This document shows, piece by piece, positions 39,813 to 51,247 of a DNA stretch of 64,000 nucleotides. This DNA comes from an uncultured virus (IMG/VR IMGVR_UViG_3300027631_002940). Lineage: Duplodnaviria > Heunggongvirae > Uroviricota > Caudoviricetes. The notes beneath the pieces are model-generated. The model searched no databases, was not told the DNA's origin, and saw only the letters and a list, made by a program, of their open reading frames with translations. The stretch lies in IMG/VR virus record IMGVR_UViG_3300027631_002940; one strand, given 5' to 3'. Position numbers and translations under genes: made by a program. The stretch's first letter is position 1, and each line of letters opens with the position of its first letter.

Positions 39813-42800
39813 TGGGAAAGACTTCTATATATAAGCTTGGTTATTTTGAACCAGGCATGAATATCGGTGAAGAATTAGATTTAGACGAATTACGCTTCAC
39901 CGCAATTGATACACAAACGCTTGCCCTATTTTCTATCTTTGGGAATGGGGTTTTAGATGACGACCCTGATAATCCTTCTTGGTATATTAATACCATACCA
40001 CAAGACTATCTAAATGTATCTATCACACCAGGAAAAGGTCATGTTGCTTGGAAATCTGCAGCAACCACAGAAACTAGAACTTTAACATTACCAGTATTGC
40101 CAACAGCTGCAACAACTGCTTTGTTCTGGATATATGCTATTGAAAATGATAATACACCGTCAACAAAGGATGTGGATTTTATTGTTTCTTTGATAGAAAT
40201 AAATGATCCAGATAATTACATTGGGCTAGGAGCTGTTTATTTAGATAAAACAACTAATCCATATACAATCACTGCTTATAATACTAGTGAATATGGTAGA
40301 AAAAATATATCTTTATTTTCAACTTTATCTGATATTGTAAATAAACATAAACATATTGGCGGAAGCAATAACCCTTCTCCTATCAACTTAAGAAGCCATG
40401 TCAGGGGTAAGTTGTCAGGTGATTATTTAGAAAACTTAGATCTATCCACTGTAACCTCTGGTGTATTATCAGCAGACAGATTACCTGTAATAGATCATAA
40501 TAGTTTATCTAATATTGGAACGTTAACACATACTCAAATCGATTCTTTATTAGCTTCATTAATATCTTTACCAGATAACTATAGATTATCAGATGTATCT
40601 TTAGCCAATAGATTAAAAATAATCTTAGCTTTAAAAAGACAAGCTGGTCTTGGAACAATTGACAATACACAAATTAATGCTATATTTTATGTTCCTGGAG
40701 TAACATCAAGCTCTTTTGTAGCTACTGGTGTCCCGGTTTATATTAATCTAGCTAATGTAGATACAGTTAATAAACGAATTGTTGGAACAACTTCATCTTC
40801 AATTAATGCAGATACATTGATTTGGAATACTTATGATGATTTTGATAGAGCATGGCAAGCAGCTCAAATAAGAACTATTGCGAATCAACCACCATCTGAG
40901 AATATTGCAATTATTGGATCTGGGGTAAATGGCTCTTTCACTGTATCTAAATCTGTTGATTATAAGCCAGTAGTAAATACTAGCCTTACAGATACAAAAT
41001 GGAAAGATGGCTATTTATTTATTGACAAAGCTACAAAAGAAACAATAGTTCCTCCACCACCTCCAACTCTTTCTGCTCCAGCATTCTATAATCAGTACTC
41101 GGATAATTTTGATGTGGAACGATATCTTTATTATGAATTCACAGCATCTCAAGATTGGTCTGCTCGTTCTAATATAGGATTTGGATTCGGTATTGCTGCA
41201 GGATCAATACCTGGCAATATTTATGCTTATTTAGTTCTTGAAAGCGGTGGAACTTCAAAAACAATAATGGTAGGCGGAAATGAAACTACCATTAATAGAT
41301 CTGCAACAGCTTTATTATTATCTTCTTCATATTCTGATTCTAAAATTAGATTATTCTTTTCAAAAAATCTTAGCGAGTTTAACATCACTGAATCGCAAAA
41401 GAAAAGAATTAAGGGTGTTGGATTTATATGGAGTACAGAAGAAAATTGGGATGGTAATGAACTTAACTTCTATTTACTATCACCAAATAATGATGAAATA
41501 TCTCCTGTATCTAATCCTAAACCAGATTTGATTGCAGCTAAAACCGCATATCCTGACACAACATCATCTATTTTTATATGGAATGAAACATTATATAATA
41601 GAACAGCCACTCTCGTTTTTAGATTTGATTCTAATAGCTCAAATACATCTTATAATCTTGTTCAATGGGACTCTACAATTCCAGCAGGTACACAAGTTAA
41701 AGTCTATGTAAGATCTGCTGCTAATGAAGCATCTCTAGGTAATTATTTGACAAATGAAGTATCATCACTTAATTATTTAGTACCATCACCAGCATCAACA
41801 GGACGATATTTTGATATTATAGTTGTGCTATCATCAAATAGTTCATATTCCTCAGCGCCAACATTAGATAGACTAATTTTGTCTTATGATGGTGTTGGTA
41901 GTTCCACAAGCAAAATATGGAATAAAACTGAAACAGATCTATCTACCGGGCAAACTGGATGGTATTCTACAGCAAGTAATTATTCTAACATTACTTACGG
42001 ACCAAATGTGATTGATGGTGGTTTGACTAAAAATTATCTTACTATTACAAATACATCCGATGTTGGTAAATGGAAATATTTGAGAGCTAATAATTTATAT
42101 CAAGCTCTTAACGCATCAGATGAAGTGCTTTTGGAAGATGGTGTTGATTCTGGAAACTTAAAAGCTTACCAATCTCCTGTTCAAGTATACAATAACAATT
42201 CCGAATATGGGTTTAATAATCCTAAAAGATATGTAAAGTTGTACGATGAATCATATTTATATGCTGATACCAAAAACGATAGAGTAATAGAAATATCATC
42301 TTCAGGATCAGTAAGCAGAATCTTTCAAGGAAATCTCAGACTTAAACAATACAATAGAGACTTTGTTGCTTTGAATGCTTATTATAATCCAACTGAGGGC
42401 AAATTTTTCATTAACTTCTCTCAGTATGTAACGATAAGCAATACCACTGCTATATACATTATTTCAGGCCAACAATCTATCAAAGCATCTGATATAGGTC
42501 TATCTACTATATTGTTTAGCCCTATAGTGGGACAATCATCTACAATACAAATAACTCTCAACAGTTCATATAAAACAATTGTAAATAGTTGGACAGCACC
42601 AATACAAATTATATTGGATAGTGGTAGTGTGACATCAAATGGTAATGATGGATTAACAATAGATGCGGGAACTACTTCATCTACGGGAACTCAAGCATTA
42701 GACTTTTTAGATATTACAACCTATACTACATTAATTGGTGAAGGTAAAAATATTACAGGGATTAGTACATATACCCCTGTAGTTTTGGATGATGCTGATT

Positions 42801-43387
42801 TTGATAATGATGGAGCTATTACAACAACATTATTAGGACCCAATAATCAATCTGGTCGAGTTACTTTAGGTGTAGTGTCCGGTCCTATTTATATGCTTAA
42901 TATTTTAGAACCAGTAGCCGTCAGTAAGACTAAGTATGATTTGTATTTAATTTCTAATGTTCATACAGACTCTATTATTGCCGTTGATACTACAGGTACT
43001 ACAATATGGTCTGTTCCAAATACGATTGCTTCATTTACATTAGATAAATTAGGTGGTGCTATCGAATTATCTAATGAGAATTTATTAGTAGCTTTACCAA
43101 GTGCTGCTAATGATAATGCTGGTAAAGTTTTATTGATCAATCGTATTTCTTCTAACACAGTATTGAATGATCTTTCTGTAATAGGAGATGCTATTGAAGT
43201 AAGAGAATCACCTTATGCAGATCAGTATTATGTATTGTTATCTGATACGGTTAATAATGGAGCACAATCCAGAGTAATAAGATTATCAAGTAGTGGTAAT
43301 ATTACATGGTCTTGGGGTACTGGAACTTTAATAGCACCTACTGGACTAAATGTGTTAGCAAATAATAATATTTTGGTTAGCGAATAA
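39812..43387 (+). CDS. Tail fibre/baseplate-associated protein (1191 aa) with HxH motif and C-terminal beta-propeller
   Basis: KHKHIGG, LSADRLPVIDH; YADTKNDRVIEI and SRVIRLSSSGNITWSW (NHL/propeller-like blades); N-terminus paralogous to 54824. Confidence 0.65.
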   Translation: MGKTSIYKLGYFEPGMNIGEELDLDELRFTAIDTQTLALFSIFGNGVLDDDPDNPSWYINTIPQDYLNVSITPGKGHVAWKSAATTETRTLTLPVLPTAATTALFWIYAIENDNTPSTKDVDFIVSLIEINDPDNYIGLGAVYLDKTTNPYTITAYNTSEYGRKNISLFSTLSDIVNKHKHIGGSNNPSPINLRSHVRGKLSGDYLENLDLSTVTSGVLSADRLPVIDHNSLSNIGTLTHTQIDSLLASLISLPDNYRLSDVSLANRLKIILALKRQAGLGTIDNTQINAIFYVPGVTSSSFVATGVPVYINLANVDTVNKRIVGTTSSSINADTLIWNTYDDFDRAWQAAQIRTIANQPPSENIAIIGSGVNGSFTVSKSVDYKPVVNTSLTDTKWKDGYLFIDKATKETIVPPPPPTLSAPAFYNQYSDNFDVERYLYYEFTASQDWSARSNIGFGFGIAAGSIPGNIYAYLVLESGGTSKTIMVGGNETTINRSATALLLSSSYSDSKIRLFFSKNLSEFNITESQKKRIKGVGFIWSTEENWDGNELNFYLLSPNNDEISPVSNPKPDLIAAKTAYPDTTSSIFIWNETLYNRTATLVFRFDSNSSNTSYNLVQWDSTIPAGTQVKVYVRSAANEASLGNYLTNEVSSLNYLVPSPASTGRYFDIIVVLSSNSSYSSAPTLDRLILSYDGVGSSTSKIWNKTETDLSTGQTGWYSTASNYSNITYGPNVIDGGLTKNYLTITNTSDVGKWKYLRANNLYQALNASDEVLLEDGVDSGNLKAYQSPVQVYNNNSEYGFNNPKRYVKLYDESYLYADTKNDRVIEISSSGSVSRIFQGNLRLKQYNRDFVALNAYYNPTEGKFFINFSQYVTISNTTAIYIISGQQSIKASDIGLSTILFSPIVGQSSTIQITLNSSYKTIVNSWTAPIQIILDSGSVTSNGNDGLTIDAGTTSSTGTQALDFLDITTYTTLIGEGKNITGISTYTPVVLDDADFDNDGAITTTLLGPNNQSGRVTLGVVSGPIYMLNILEPVAVSKTKYDLYLISNVHTDSIIAVDTTGTTIWSVPNTIASFTLDKLGGAIELSNENLLVALPSAANDNAGKVLLINRISSNTVLNDLSVIGDAIEVRESPYADQYYVLLSDTVNNGAQSRVIRLSSSGNITWSWGTGTLIAPTGLNVLANNNILVSE

Positions 43388-44325
43388 TGTCAAACATATT
43401 TTTTACAAGAACAGAAAATTCAATTACTAATTCATTCAATGATTATAATATTAAATTTTCATTACTTTCCGCCCCAGTAAATTACATTATTCAAGAAGAC
43501 GAAATATCAGTATTTTATTTACGTGATAATTTTCTTGCTGTAGTCAAAAATGAAAATAATTCTTTTTACTACAGTTTGACTAATAACTCAAATATTTCTG
43601 TTACTGCTGGATTAGAAATAAATAATCTAAAAGGCTATTATTCATATTCTTCACAAAGACATGATCTGTATTTTGATGAGTTTAAAGTTGAATTATATTT
43701 AGATGATTGTTCTGCCGAAATTGAAGATTCAGGATTTATGCTATTACGAGCACAAAATGAATCATCAAGATTTTACATAAGATTCATTACACCTGAAATT
43801 CAAAGCTTATCATTTGAAGCAAAAGCATTACAAAATTCTGTTTTTGTAGAAGCTGGAATGAGAGAACCTGAATTTGCGATTGGTGTTTTTGATGATTCTA
43901 ACTTTACTAGACCAAGAGATGTAAGATTAGGTACTCCTGTAATTTCAACAGTACCAACATCAGGAACTACTACGACTACTGGAGAAAAAGACTCTATTGA
44001 ATTAGGTGAAGGTTTTCCAAGTAGAGTCATGCATTTTAAAATTGTATGCGACACTATCATTGAAACTGGTATGACAACAGGGTCTTTATCTGCTCTTAAA
44101 TTAAGTGTTTCAATGCCATCTGGATTAGATACAGTTAAGGAACCTGAATACGCTCCTATATATTTTGTTTCTTATTCTGCTGACAATACAACTTCTGTTT
44201 ATAGAGCATCTTTTGAGTTCTATAAAGAAGATACAATTAAATATGTGGACGGCTATCTTTACTTAGATGTTATTTGTCCTATGATTGTACAAAAGACATT
44301 ACCTATATCATTTGAAATAATCTAA
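43387..44325 (+). CDS. Hypothetical structural protein (312 aa)
   Basis: TAATG-coupled, beta-rich. Confidence 0.65.
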   Translation: MSNIFFTRTENSITNSFNDYNIKFSLLSAPVNYIIQEDEISVFYLRDNFLAVVKNENNSFYYSLTNNSNISVTAGLEINNLKGYYSYSSQRHDLYFDEFKVELYLDDCSAEIEDSGFMLLRAQNESSRFYIRFITPEIQSLSFEAKALQNSVFVEAGMREPEFAIGVFDDSNFTRPRDVRLGTPVISTVPTSGTTTTTGEKDSIELGEGFPSRVMHFKIVCDTIIETGMTTGSLSALKLSVSMPSGLDTVKEPEYAPIYFVSYSADNTTSVYRASFEFYKEDTIKYVDGYLYLDVICPMIVQKTLPISFEII

Positions 44326-44350
44326 GGGTTTAATCATCCTTAAACAGAAT
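44324..44350 (+). promoter_or_regulatory. Candidate late promoter AAGG-N19-GAAT
   Basis: In the only gap longer than 20 bp within 26.6-63.4 kb, ahead of the three largest fibre genes. Confidence 0.5.
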
Positions 44351-44384
44351 AATTAGGTAATCAAAAATAAAACGGTGTTATTGA

Positions 44385-47300
44385 ATGCCTATAAAAGTTC
44401 AACTATTACTTCCAGACAATCTTAAGAGTTCTTATCTTCGGGCAAACTTTATTGAATCAGGCTCAGTTTATTCAACTAAAAAGCCTTCATTAAATTCAGC
44501 TATTGATAATAATAAACATACATTACAATTCAAATTTGAATTAACAGATAATGTCACAAGAGAACCTGTAGCCTTAAACAAGATTGTAAGTTTAAAAATT
44601 TCAAATGATCCTGAATTTTATTCAGCATCAACTGTTGAGCTTTTAAGCATTCCGTCAGATGGATCTTATTCATCCACTACTAATTATATAGTAAATCTAA
44701 ATCCAAATTACTTTTTTGGAACATCTCAAACATTAGAATCATCAAGATCTACTGCTGCTGGAGATGGTAGATTTATTGTAAATAATTGGCCACTATCTGC
44801 TACTGGCGGTCTGTCAACAGTTTATATGCAAGCTGTGGTTCAATCTGTCAGTGGTGATGAAGGTACTTATCCTGAAGGTTATGCTATTTATGATCAGATA
44901 GCATGGCAGGGTGAATTACCGTCAACTCCAGGAAGAGTATCATTATTATCTAACAATAGTGATTGGGTAGGCTCTCAGACATTAGCTCATTTCAAGCAAT
45001 CCTCTGATGCTTTTTCAGGTATCTCTTCTACTGGAGTTTCAAGCTATATTGGAGACTTTGTAGAATTTTTAGAAACAAACTTAAAATCTACAAGAGTTAC
45101 AACCACTGGCAATTTCAGAACTCTTGGCTCAAAATATGCAGCTACTTTATTATCTTTAACAGCCAATAGAGTAGATTATAATGGAGATAGCCCTACAACA
45201 GGCACTGGTGTTGCTATTGCATCTAATATAACATTAAATGCAGGTTCAGGTAGAGGAGCTTTATTAACTTCAGCTACATCTACTAGAACAACATCTACTC
45301 CGGGATATTTTACTCAAGGATATATTTCATTAGCTCTAAATACTAGTACATCAGAATATAGATACATTGGCAAGTTAATTGCTGGTGCTGAAAATATTAC
45401 AATAAAAATCACATCTGCTAATAATGCAGCTCCAGTGGCAGTACTATCAAGATCAGGTTCGGCTTTTACTCAAACAACTACACTACCTGAACATACAAGA
45501 TCATTATTTCTATTAGGTGGTCTATTTGAGATATTTGTAGCAAAAACAAGTGATTCACAATTAATTTGTTCAGCTTATTTCACAGCCACTGATAATCAAA
45601 GTTATTTGCTATGTGATTCTTTATTACCAGATTTTACAACCGATGTTATTTCATCTGCTTTTGGTGTTTCTATCAATGCAGCAGACGGAACAGCTAGAAT
45701 AGAAGAAATCTCACAAGCTATAGGTAGATCATGGTTGTCAGCTGATTTAGGTGATTGCGAGACAGAAGATTATCATCCTGTCAATTTCCCTGTAGTAAAA
45801 GTGGACAATTGGTTAACATCCGTAAATGTGGATGACGATTGGATTTATTATAACACAAATATATCCGTACCTACTAAAAACCCCGTATACACTTCATATT
45901 TGATTTTCCCCAAATTAGATAGTGGCGAAATTGCTGAATTACAATGTGGAAAACCAACTTTATCTTCTAGATTTAGATTGGATATGTCATTTACACATGC
46001 TAATAATATTTTATATACTTCATTCTCCACACAGCATACCCAGGAGCTAAATTCCGAAAATAATCAAAGACCAATGGTTTCTAGAACGATGCCTGGTTAT
46101 GTACCTTCTACAGAACCATTTGATTGTTCTACAGTAACGGTGTTTTTTGATGCTACTAGAAGAGAAATATATGCAGTAAGCAGATTATTTAATAATACTG
46201 TTAGCACACATGTTTTAGCAAGATATACCCCCGACACCACAGATACATTTTCTATAGAAATATCTGATACTAATCCAGTAGGTTCTGTAGGTATTACAAA
46301 TGATTCAGTAGCAAATGGTACATGGATTATTCTTAGAAAAAATAATTCTTTTGAAGGGTCCGTGCAATTATCTAATAAACTTTTACCACATGATTCTGGA
46401 TTAGGTTATTATTTTTCTATTGGTTGTTTGGCTAACACATTTGGTGATGTTTCTTCCAATACTATTGTTAGAAATTTAGCTGTTTATGGTTTACCTGAAT
46501 TAAACAGAGATGAAATTTTAGATCCAGTCAATACCAGACATTTCTTGAAATCTGATACAGGCACAACAAATGGTAAGCCATGGTTAGGCCAATATTTATT
46601 AGCAGGAGCTACCGATTTTGATAAGTGGGATTATGTAGTACCTGAGGCTAATGGTTATGAAATTCTGGTACAGGTAACTACTACCGGTAATAATATAATC
46701 GATACCGCTACGCCGTCTATAGTTGATGGATATACTGTTAAAGCTGGAGATGTAATTCTTGTTAAAGATCAAACAGAAATATCAGAAAATGGTTTATACT
46801 TGGTCATCAATGCTGGAACTAACGGTACATGGACTAAGCTTTCATATGGTTCTCCTTATCTTACAGGACAGAAAAATCAACCTATAAGTATTGTTAATGG
46901 AACTGTTAATGGTGGAACATTATGGTATTCAGATTATCCAGAAGGCCTTGTTTCTTCGACAAGTTTGATTTTTAAATCTACTGTATTTGCTAAAAGAATA
47001 GATTTTTCTTCTTTATCCGCTTTTTATTCTTCAATTAGCCCTACATTGATGGAGATTAAAGCATTATGGACATCAAGAAACTTACCAGCTGAAGCATTTA
47101 ATATAAAGTTTAGATTTTTTGCAGATAATATAAGTACAATTGGTAGCGCAAAAACAGATTGGTTTGAGCTAGACTTGAATCCTTTGAATACTACTGCTAT
47201 TTCTGGAGCTTATAATGAATTATTGCAGAAGATTTTGGTGTATTCTGATGCACAAACAGTTCCAGGTTTAGTATTTACAGAACCAGTAGAAGACCCTAAC

Positions 47301-50300
47301 GATCAAACAGATACTGGATCTAGACCTCTTACAATTACAAATAATGAAAAAGTTTGGTCTGCTATAAGAATGCCTATGGGATTCAAAATGGCAAGTGCTA
47401 TATCCAAAGAAACTACAGATCCAGAAATTATTGAATCTGGATCATATAGAGGATGGAATTTAGCTCCTAGACTATGGTTTAAGTTATTTGCTAAAGCCAC
47501 CCCTAGAGAAAGAAATAAAACTAATAATGTTATTCAGCAAGCAAGAACAAGAGCTTTTTCTCACGCTTTTGTCTCAGGCTCTGCTAATAATTTATCGTTA
47601 CCAAAAAAAGTAGATATAATAGCTCCAGCAGATACAGACAGTTTACGACCTACTATCTCAACAGTTATTGACCCATCAGTTAGATCTGCTGTACTTTCTA
47701 TCTTAGCAAATGACTCACAATCTGGAAATCTTGCTTTTAGAGTAGGAAAAGAAACAGATTATGGCATTGTTGAATATTCTCCATGGCAATCTTGGTCTCA
47801 GTATAATTTAGGTGGTACTACTAAATATTCTGTTTATTTATATGGCACTTCTAAAAAGAATCTATTAGGTTCCGTAGATGTTAATACTGCAAACTTAAAT
47901 GCTGGTATGATTGGTGCTAGAAAAGTCTGGGTTCAAGTCATAGATAGGGTTGGAAATATATCTGAATCTTATCCTCTAACATTATTTGCCCCAGGACTAT
48001 CTATTGTCGATACTACCGCTCCTTCTGGAACAGCAGAATTTTATAATACTACTACAGAATCAAAAGCAGAATATACTAACAAAACATGGAATTGGCTTAA
48101 GCTCGACACTCAGGATAGAGTTACTACAGTCAAAGATTTCCGTGTTAGAATTATCACAGCAAATGGTCCTGGAGGTTGGTCAAGCTGGAATTACTTAAAA
48201 GAATTCAATCCAGTATCTTTCACAGGATTACAAGAAGGCATTAGACAATTAGAAGTTCAATTTAGAGATTATGGAAATAATATATCTCCAGCACAAGATT
48301 TCTACTCACCATTAGTTAGTCAAGATAACCTTGTATTTGTTTCATCTACTGTGTGGCAAAAAACTTCAACAAATCTTGAATCAGCATATTTTGGCGGTGT
48401 CAAGCAACAAACATTTACTGGTATGAAATTAGTACCAGCAACCGGTTCGCAGTATACATCTCTTACTGCTTTTACATTATTGGATACTGTTACAGGAAGA
48501 ACACTTAATTTAAGAACAGTTGATAATTTGACAATCAATGGTACAGCAGTATCATACGTTATAGATTCTACTTCTGGCTTAATTATATTTGCTAGCGCTA
48601 TATCTAACTACTCTTCTGTTACTGTAAATGTAAGTAGAAATTCTGCTATCTTATATGAATGGGATAATAATACATTTTCACAAATTGCTGATCTTGGCAA
48701 TTATAATGAATTATGTATTACTAGTATGACATCTTATTCAGGTGGTATTGTTATCGGCACTGCTTCTGGAAATATTTATTTATATGATGGCAAGGTTATT
48801 TCTGGTAGTTATTTTACTGCACAAGATGTAATACGCTTACCGATTGCTTCTTTAAAGATCCATAGATTTGAACATGAAACAAATTCATATGTTTATGCAA
48901 GCACTGACAAAAAGCCTAGATTATATAGATGTTTAGTTGATGATTTGAAAACAGGATCATCTTGGGTTAGAGTAGCTTCTTCAGGAGATCTTGATTTATC
49001 TTCTGGTGGTGCTTTGTCAATGGTTTCATCATTCAATAAATTATTTATCGGATGTAGAAATTCAAAAATCTTAAGATATACAAGAACATCAAATAAATAT
49101 GCAACAGAATCTGAAATATTAGAGTCAAGTTTATTAGTATCACAAAATCTAGGGTTAAATGAAAGCACAAACTCTACAGCTATAACATTAAGCGTAGCAC
49201 CAAATTCTGTTATAGCCGGTATTTCTGAAAGACCTGAAATTTGGACATACTCAGAAGAATATGTAAATAATCCTGAATCATCTGATTTATGGACTAAAAT
49301 TAATTTTGATGAAATGTTTGTTCAAGATCCAGCTCCTGCACAATATTATTTCACAGATACAAATTACAAAGGCAATACTACACAAAGAATTTCATCTTAT
49401 ATTGGTCAAATTGGTCTGTATGATGAGTTTATGCCTGGTAAAAAGAAAGATTATTTAAAATTATCAGCTACTTCTTCAGGTATTTCTCTTTATGATTTTA
49501 GCTTAGGTACTGATTGGGAACAAATTATAAATGCAAATCAACCTGCTGTTCTATTAGATATTCCTGTAAAAGTTGCAACAACAATTAATGTAACCTTATC
49601 TGGTTTGCAATCCGTTGACGGTATATCTGTATTGAATAATGATAGAGTATTAGTCAAGAATCAAACTGTTCAATCAGAAAATGGTATATATGTTGCTTCT
49701 TCAGGTATTTGGGTTAGAGATGGCGATTTTAACCAATCATCAGGTTTAGTTTATAGAACAGGTGTATATGTCACATCCGGTTTGATAAATAGTAAATCAA
49801 CATGGATATTAACTTCCCAAGCTCCTTATGTATTTGGTACGACTGCATTTATTTTTGAAAAACCTAAATATACTATCGATATAGAAACACAAAATGTTTC
49901 AGGTACAGGTAAGCAGGGTGTTTCAGTTAGTGATTCATATTGGAATTATAATGTTAAATATTCTACTGCTGGATTAACAATTGATAGCGGTAGTAACAGT
50001 AAAACAGTATCATTCCCAAATATAGATGATTCATATTTTGTTTCTATGTCCGTTACTGACTCACAGCCAAATCCCAATAGTCAGCTAGTCAAAGCATGGA
50101 CATTTGCAAGCATTGGAGGTAATGAGGATACTGGGCCTTATTGGGGAACTGGTTCAACAGGTACATATGATGCTTGGTTTGCTGGTCCGTATGTCGTACC
50201 TGTCACATCTGGAACGATAACAAATACCGCAGGAACAGTTTTATCCGAATCAACATCCTCGGAAGCTTCTTTTACTACTACAAACTATTTTCTTAGAGTG

Positions 50301-51245
50301 TCTACGGATACATCACTTAAAAGTGGTAATCCAAAAGTAGTTTGGCAAAATACTGATATATATTCAAACAATGTAACTAATTTTTCTGTAAATACTACCA
50401 AGAGTATTGTAGTGGATAATATGTGTTATATCGAAATTAGATTAAAGACAGTATATTCATCAACTTTAAACACCAATAATTCCTCTGCTAAAATAAATCT
50501 TTATTATTCTAGCAACTCTGGACAAAATAAAAATTATATTTCTCAACCAATTGCTAACAATGAAGAATATAATACTTATAGGTTTAGACCATCTTGGAAT
50601 GGAATCGTAAATTACATAGCATTTGAATTTGCAGATTTTGATGTTATCCCAGCTAATTTTGATATTGATTATATCAAAATAATTAAAATAAATGGATATG
50701 CTTCAATAACGAGTGCACCTTCAAGAATCAGAATAGGTGTTGATGGGCGAGATTTATCTATTTGGCATGGTAATAACAACGAGCCATTATTCTATCAAAA
50801 GAATTTCTTAGATCTTAAATCTTCTCAAAAATCATTAAAATTTGGTAAATTAGATTCTGAAGATGGAGCTAGTGAATATATTTATGGTGGATTGAAATTT
50901 ACTGTAGGAAATGTTTATTCTCCAACTAAAATTAATATTAGTGATTTTCATATGACATGGAGATTCCCTTCTACTGGTGGTGTCAGACAATTAGTTCATC
51001 ACATGGGCTCTATATATGCTCTCACTGATGGATCTATCACACAAAGAAAATCTGATAACCCAGATGATAGACAAATGAAAACATTTAAATATGATAGCGG
51101 TAGAGAGGTATGGATATCTGAAACCAATTTCCATGCCAGAGAAATTATAAATAATGATCTATTAGGAGTGATTAGACCACTCACTTCTTTAAGTCATAAC
51201 GGCATAATGTTACTTTGTGGGCAGTATGGAAGTATTATTGAGTAA
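44385..51245 (+). CDS. Very large modular tail fibre/adhesin protein (2286 aa)
   Basis: Two DxxLVKxQT..ENGxY modules, Ig-like units ending DRVGNIS / DYGNNIS, propeller-like blades, lectin-like beta sandwiches. Confidence 0.7.
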   Translation: MPIKVQLLLPDNLKSSYLRANFIESGSVYSTKKPSLNSAIDNNKHTLQFKFELTDNVTREPVALNKIVSLKISNDPEFYSASTVELLSIPSDGSYSSTTNYIVNLNPNYFFGTSQTLESSRSTAAGDGRFIVNNWPLSATGGLSTVYMQAVVQSVSGDEGTYPEGYAIYDQIAWQGELPSTPGRVSLLSNNSDWVGSQTLAHFKQSSDAFSGISSTGVSSYIGDFVEFLETNLKSTRVTTTGNFRTLGSKYAATLLSLTANRVDYNGDSPTTGTGVAIASNITLNAGSGRGALLTSATSTRTTSTPGYFTQGYISLALNTSTSEYRYIGKLIAGAENITIKITSANNAAPVAVLSRSGSAFTQTTTLPEHTRSLFLLGGLFEIFVAKTSDSQLICSAYFTATDNQSYLLCDSLLPDFTTDVISSAFGVSINAADGTARIEEISQAIGRSWLSADLGDCETEDYHPVNFPVVKVDNWLTSVNVDDDWIYYNTNISVPTKNPVYTSYLIFPKLDSGEIAELQCGKPTLSSRFRLDMSFTHANNILYTSFSTQHTQELNSENNQRPMVSRTMPGYVPSTEPFDCSTVTVFFDATRREIYAVSRLFNNTVSTHVLARYTPDTTDTFSIEISDTNPVGSVGITNDSVANGTWIILRKNNSFEGSVQLSNKLLPHDSGLGYYFSIGCLANTFGDVSSNTIVRNLAVYGLPELNRDEILDPVNTRHFLKSDTGTTNGKPWLGQYLLAGATDFDKWDYVVPEANGYEILVQVTTTGNNIIDTATPSIVDGYTVKAGDVILVKDQTEISENGLYLVINAGTNGTWTKLSYGSPYLTGQKNQPISIVNGTVNGGTLWYSDYPEGLVSSTSLIFKSTVFAKRIDFSSLSAFYSSISPTLMEIKALWTSRNLPAEAFNIKFRFFADNISTIGSAKTDWFELDLNPLNTTAISGAYNELLQKILVYSDAQTVPGLVFTEPVEDPNDQTDTGSRPLTITNNEKVWSAIRMPMGFKMASAISKETTDPEIIESGSYRGWNLAPRLWFKLFAKATPRERNKTNNVIQQARTRAFSHAFVSGSANNLSLPKKVDIIAPADTDSLRPTISTVIDPSVRSAVLSILANDSQSGNLAFRVGKETDYGIVEYSPWQSWSQYNLGGTTKYSVYLYGTSKKNLLGSVDVNTANLNAGMIGARKVWVQVIDRVGNISESYPLTLFAPGLSIVDTTAPSGTAEFYNTTTESKAEYTNKTWNWLKLDTQDRVTTVKDFRVRIITANGPGGWSSWNYLKEFNPVSFTGLQEGIRQLEVQFRDYGNNISPAQDFYSPLVSQDNLVFVSSTVWQKTSTNLESAYFGGVKQQTFTGMKLVPATGSQYTSLTAFTLLDTVTGRTLNLRTVDNLTINGTAVSYVIDSTSGLIIFASAISNYSSVTVNVSRNSAILYEWDNNTFSQIADLGNYNELCITSMTSYSGGIVIGTASGNIYLYDGKVISGSYFTAQDVIRLPIASLKIHRFEHETNSYVYASTDKKPRLYRCLVDDLKTGSSWVRVASSGDLDLSSGGALSMVSSFNKLFIGCRNSKILRYTRTSNKYATESEILESSLLVSQNLGLNESTNSTAITLSVAPNSVIAGISERPEIWTYSEEYVNNPESSDLWTKINFDEMFVQDPAPAQYYFTDTNYKGNTTQRISSYIGQIGLYDEFMPGKKKDYLKLSATSSGISLYDFSLGTDWEQIINANQPAVLLDIPVKVATTINVTLSGLQSVDGISVLNNDRVLVKNQTVQSENGIYVASSGIWVRDGDFNQSSGLVYRTGVYVTSGLINSKSTWILTSQAPYVFGTTAFIFEKPKYTIDIETQNVSGTGKQGVSVSDSYWNYNVKYSTAGLTIDSGSNSKTVSFPNIDDSYFVSMSVTDSQPNPNSQLVKAWTFASIGGNEDTGPYWGTGSTGTYDAWFAGPYVVPVTSGTITNTAGTVLSESTSSEASFTTTNYFLRVSTDTSLKSGNPKVVWQNTDIYSNNVTNFSVNTTKSIVVDNMCYIEIRLKTVYSSTLNTNNSSAKINLYYSSNSGQNKNYISQPIANNEEYNTYRFRPSWNGIVNYIAFEFADFDVIPANFDIDYIKIIKINGYASITSAPSRIRIGVDGRDLSIWHGNNNEPLFYQKNFLDLKSSQKSLKFGKLDSEDGASEYIYGGLKFTVGNVYSPTKINISDFHMTWRFPSTGGVRQLVHHMGSIYALTDGSITQRKSDNPDDRQMKTFKYDSGREVWISETNFHAREIINNDLLGVIRPLTSLSHNGIMLLCGQYGSIIE

Positions 51246-51247
51246 AA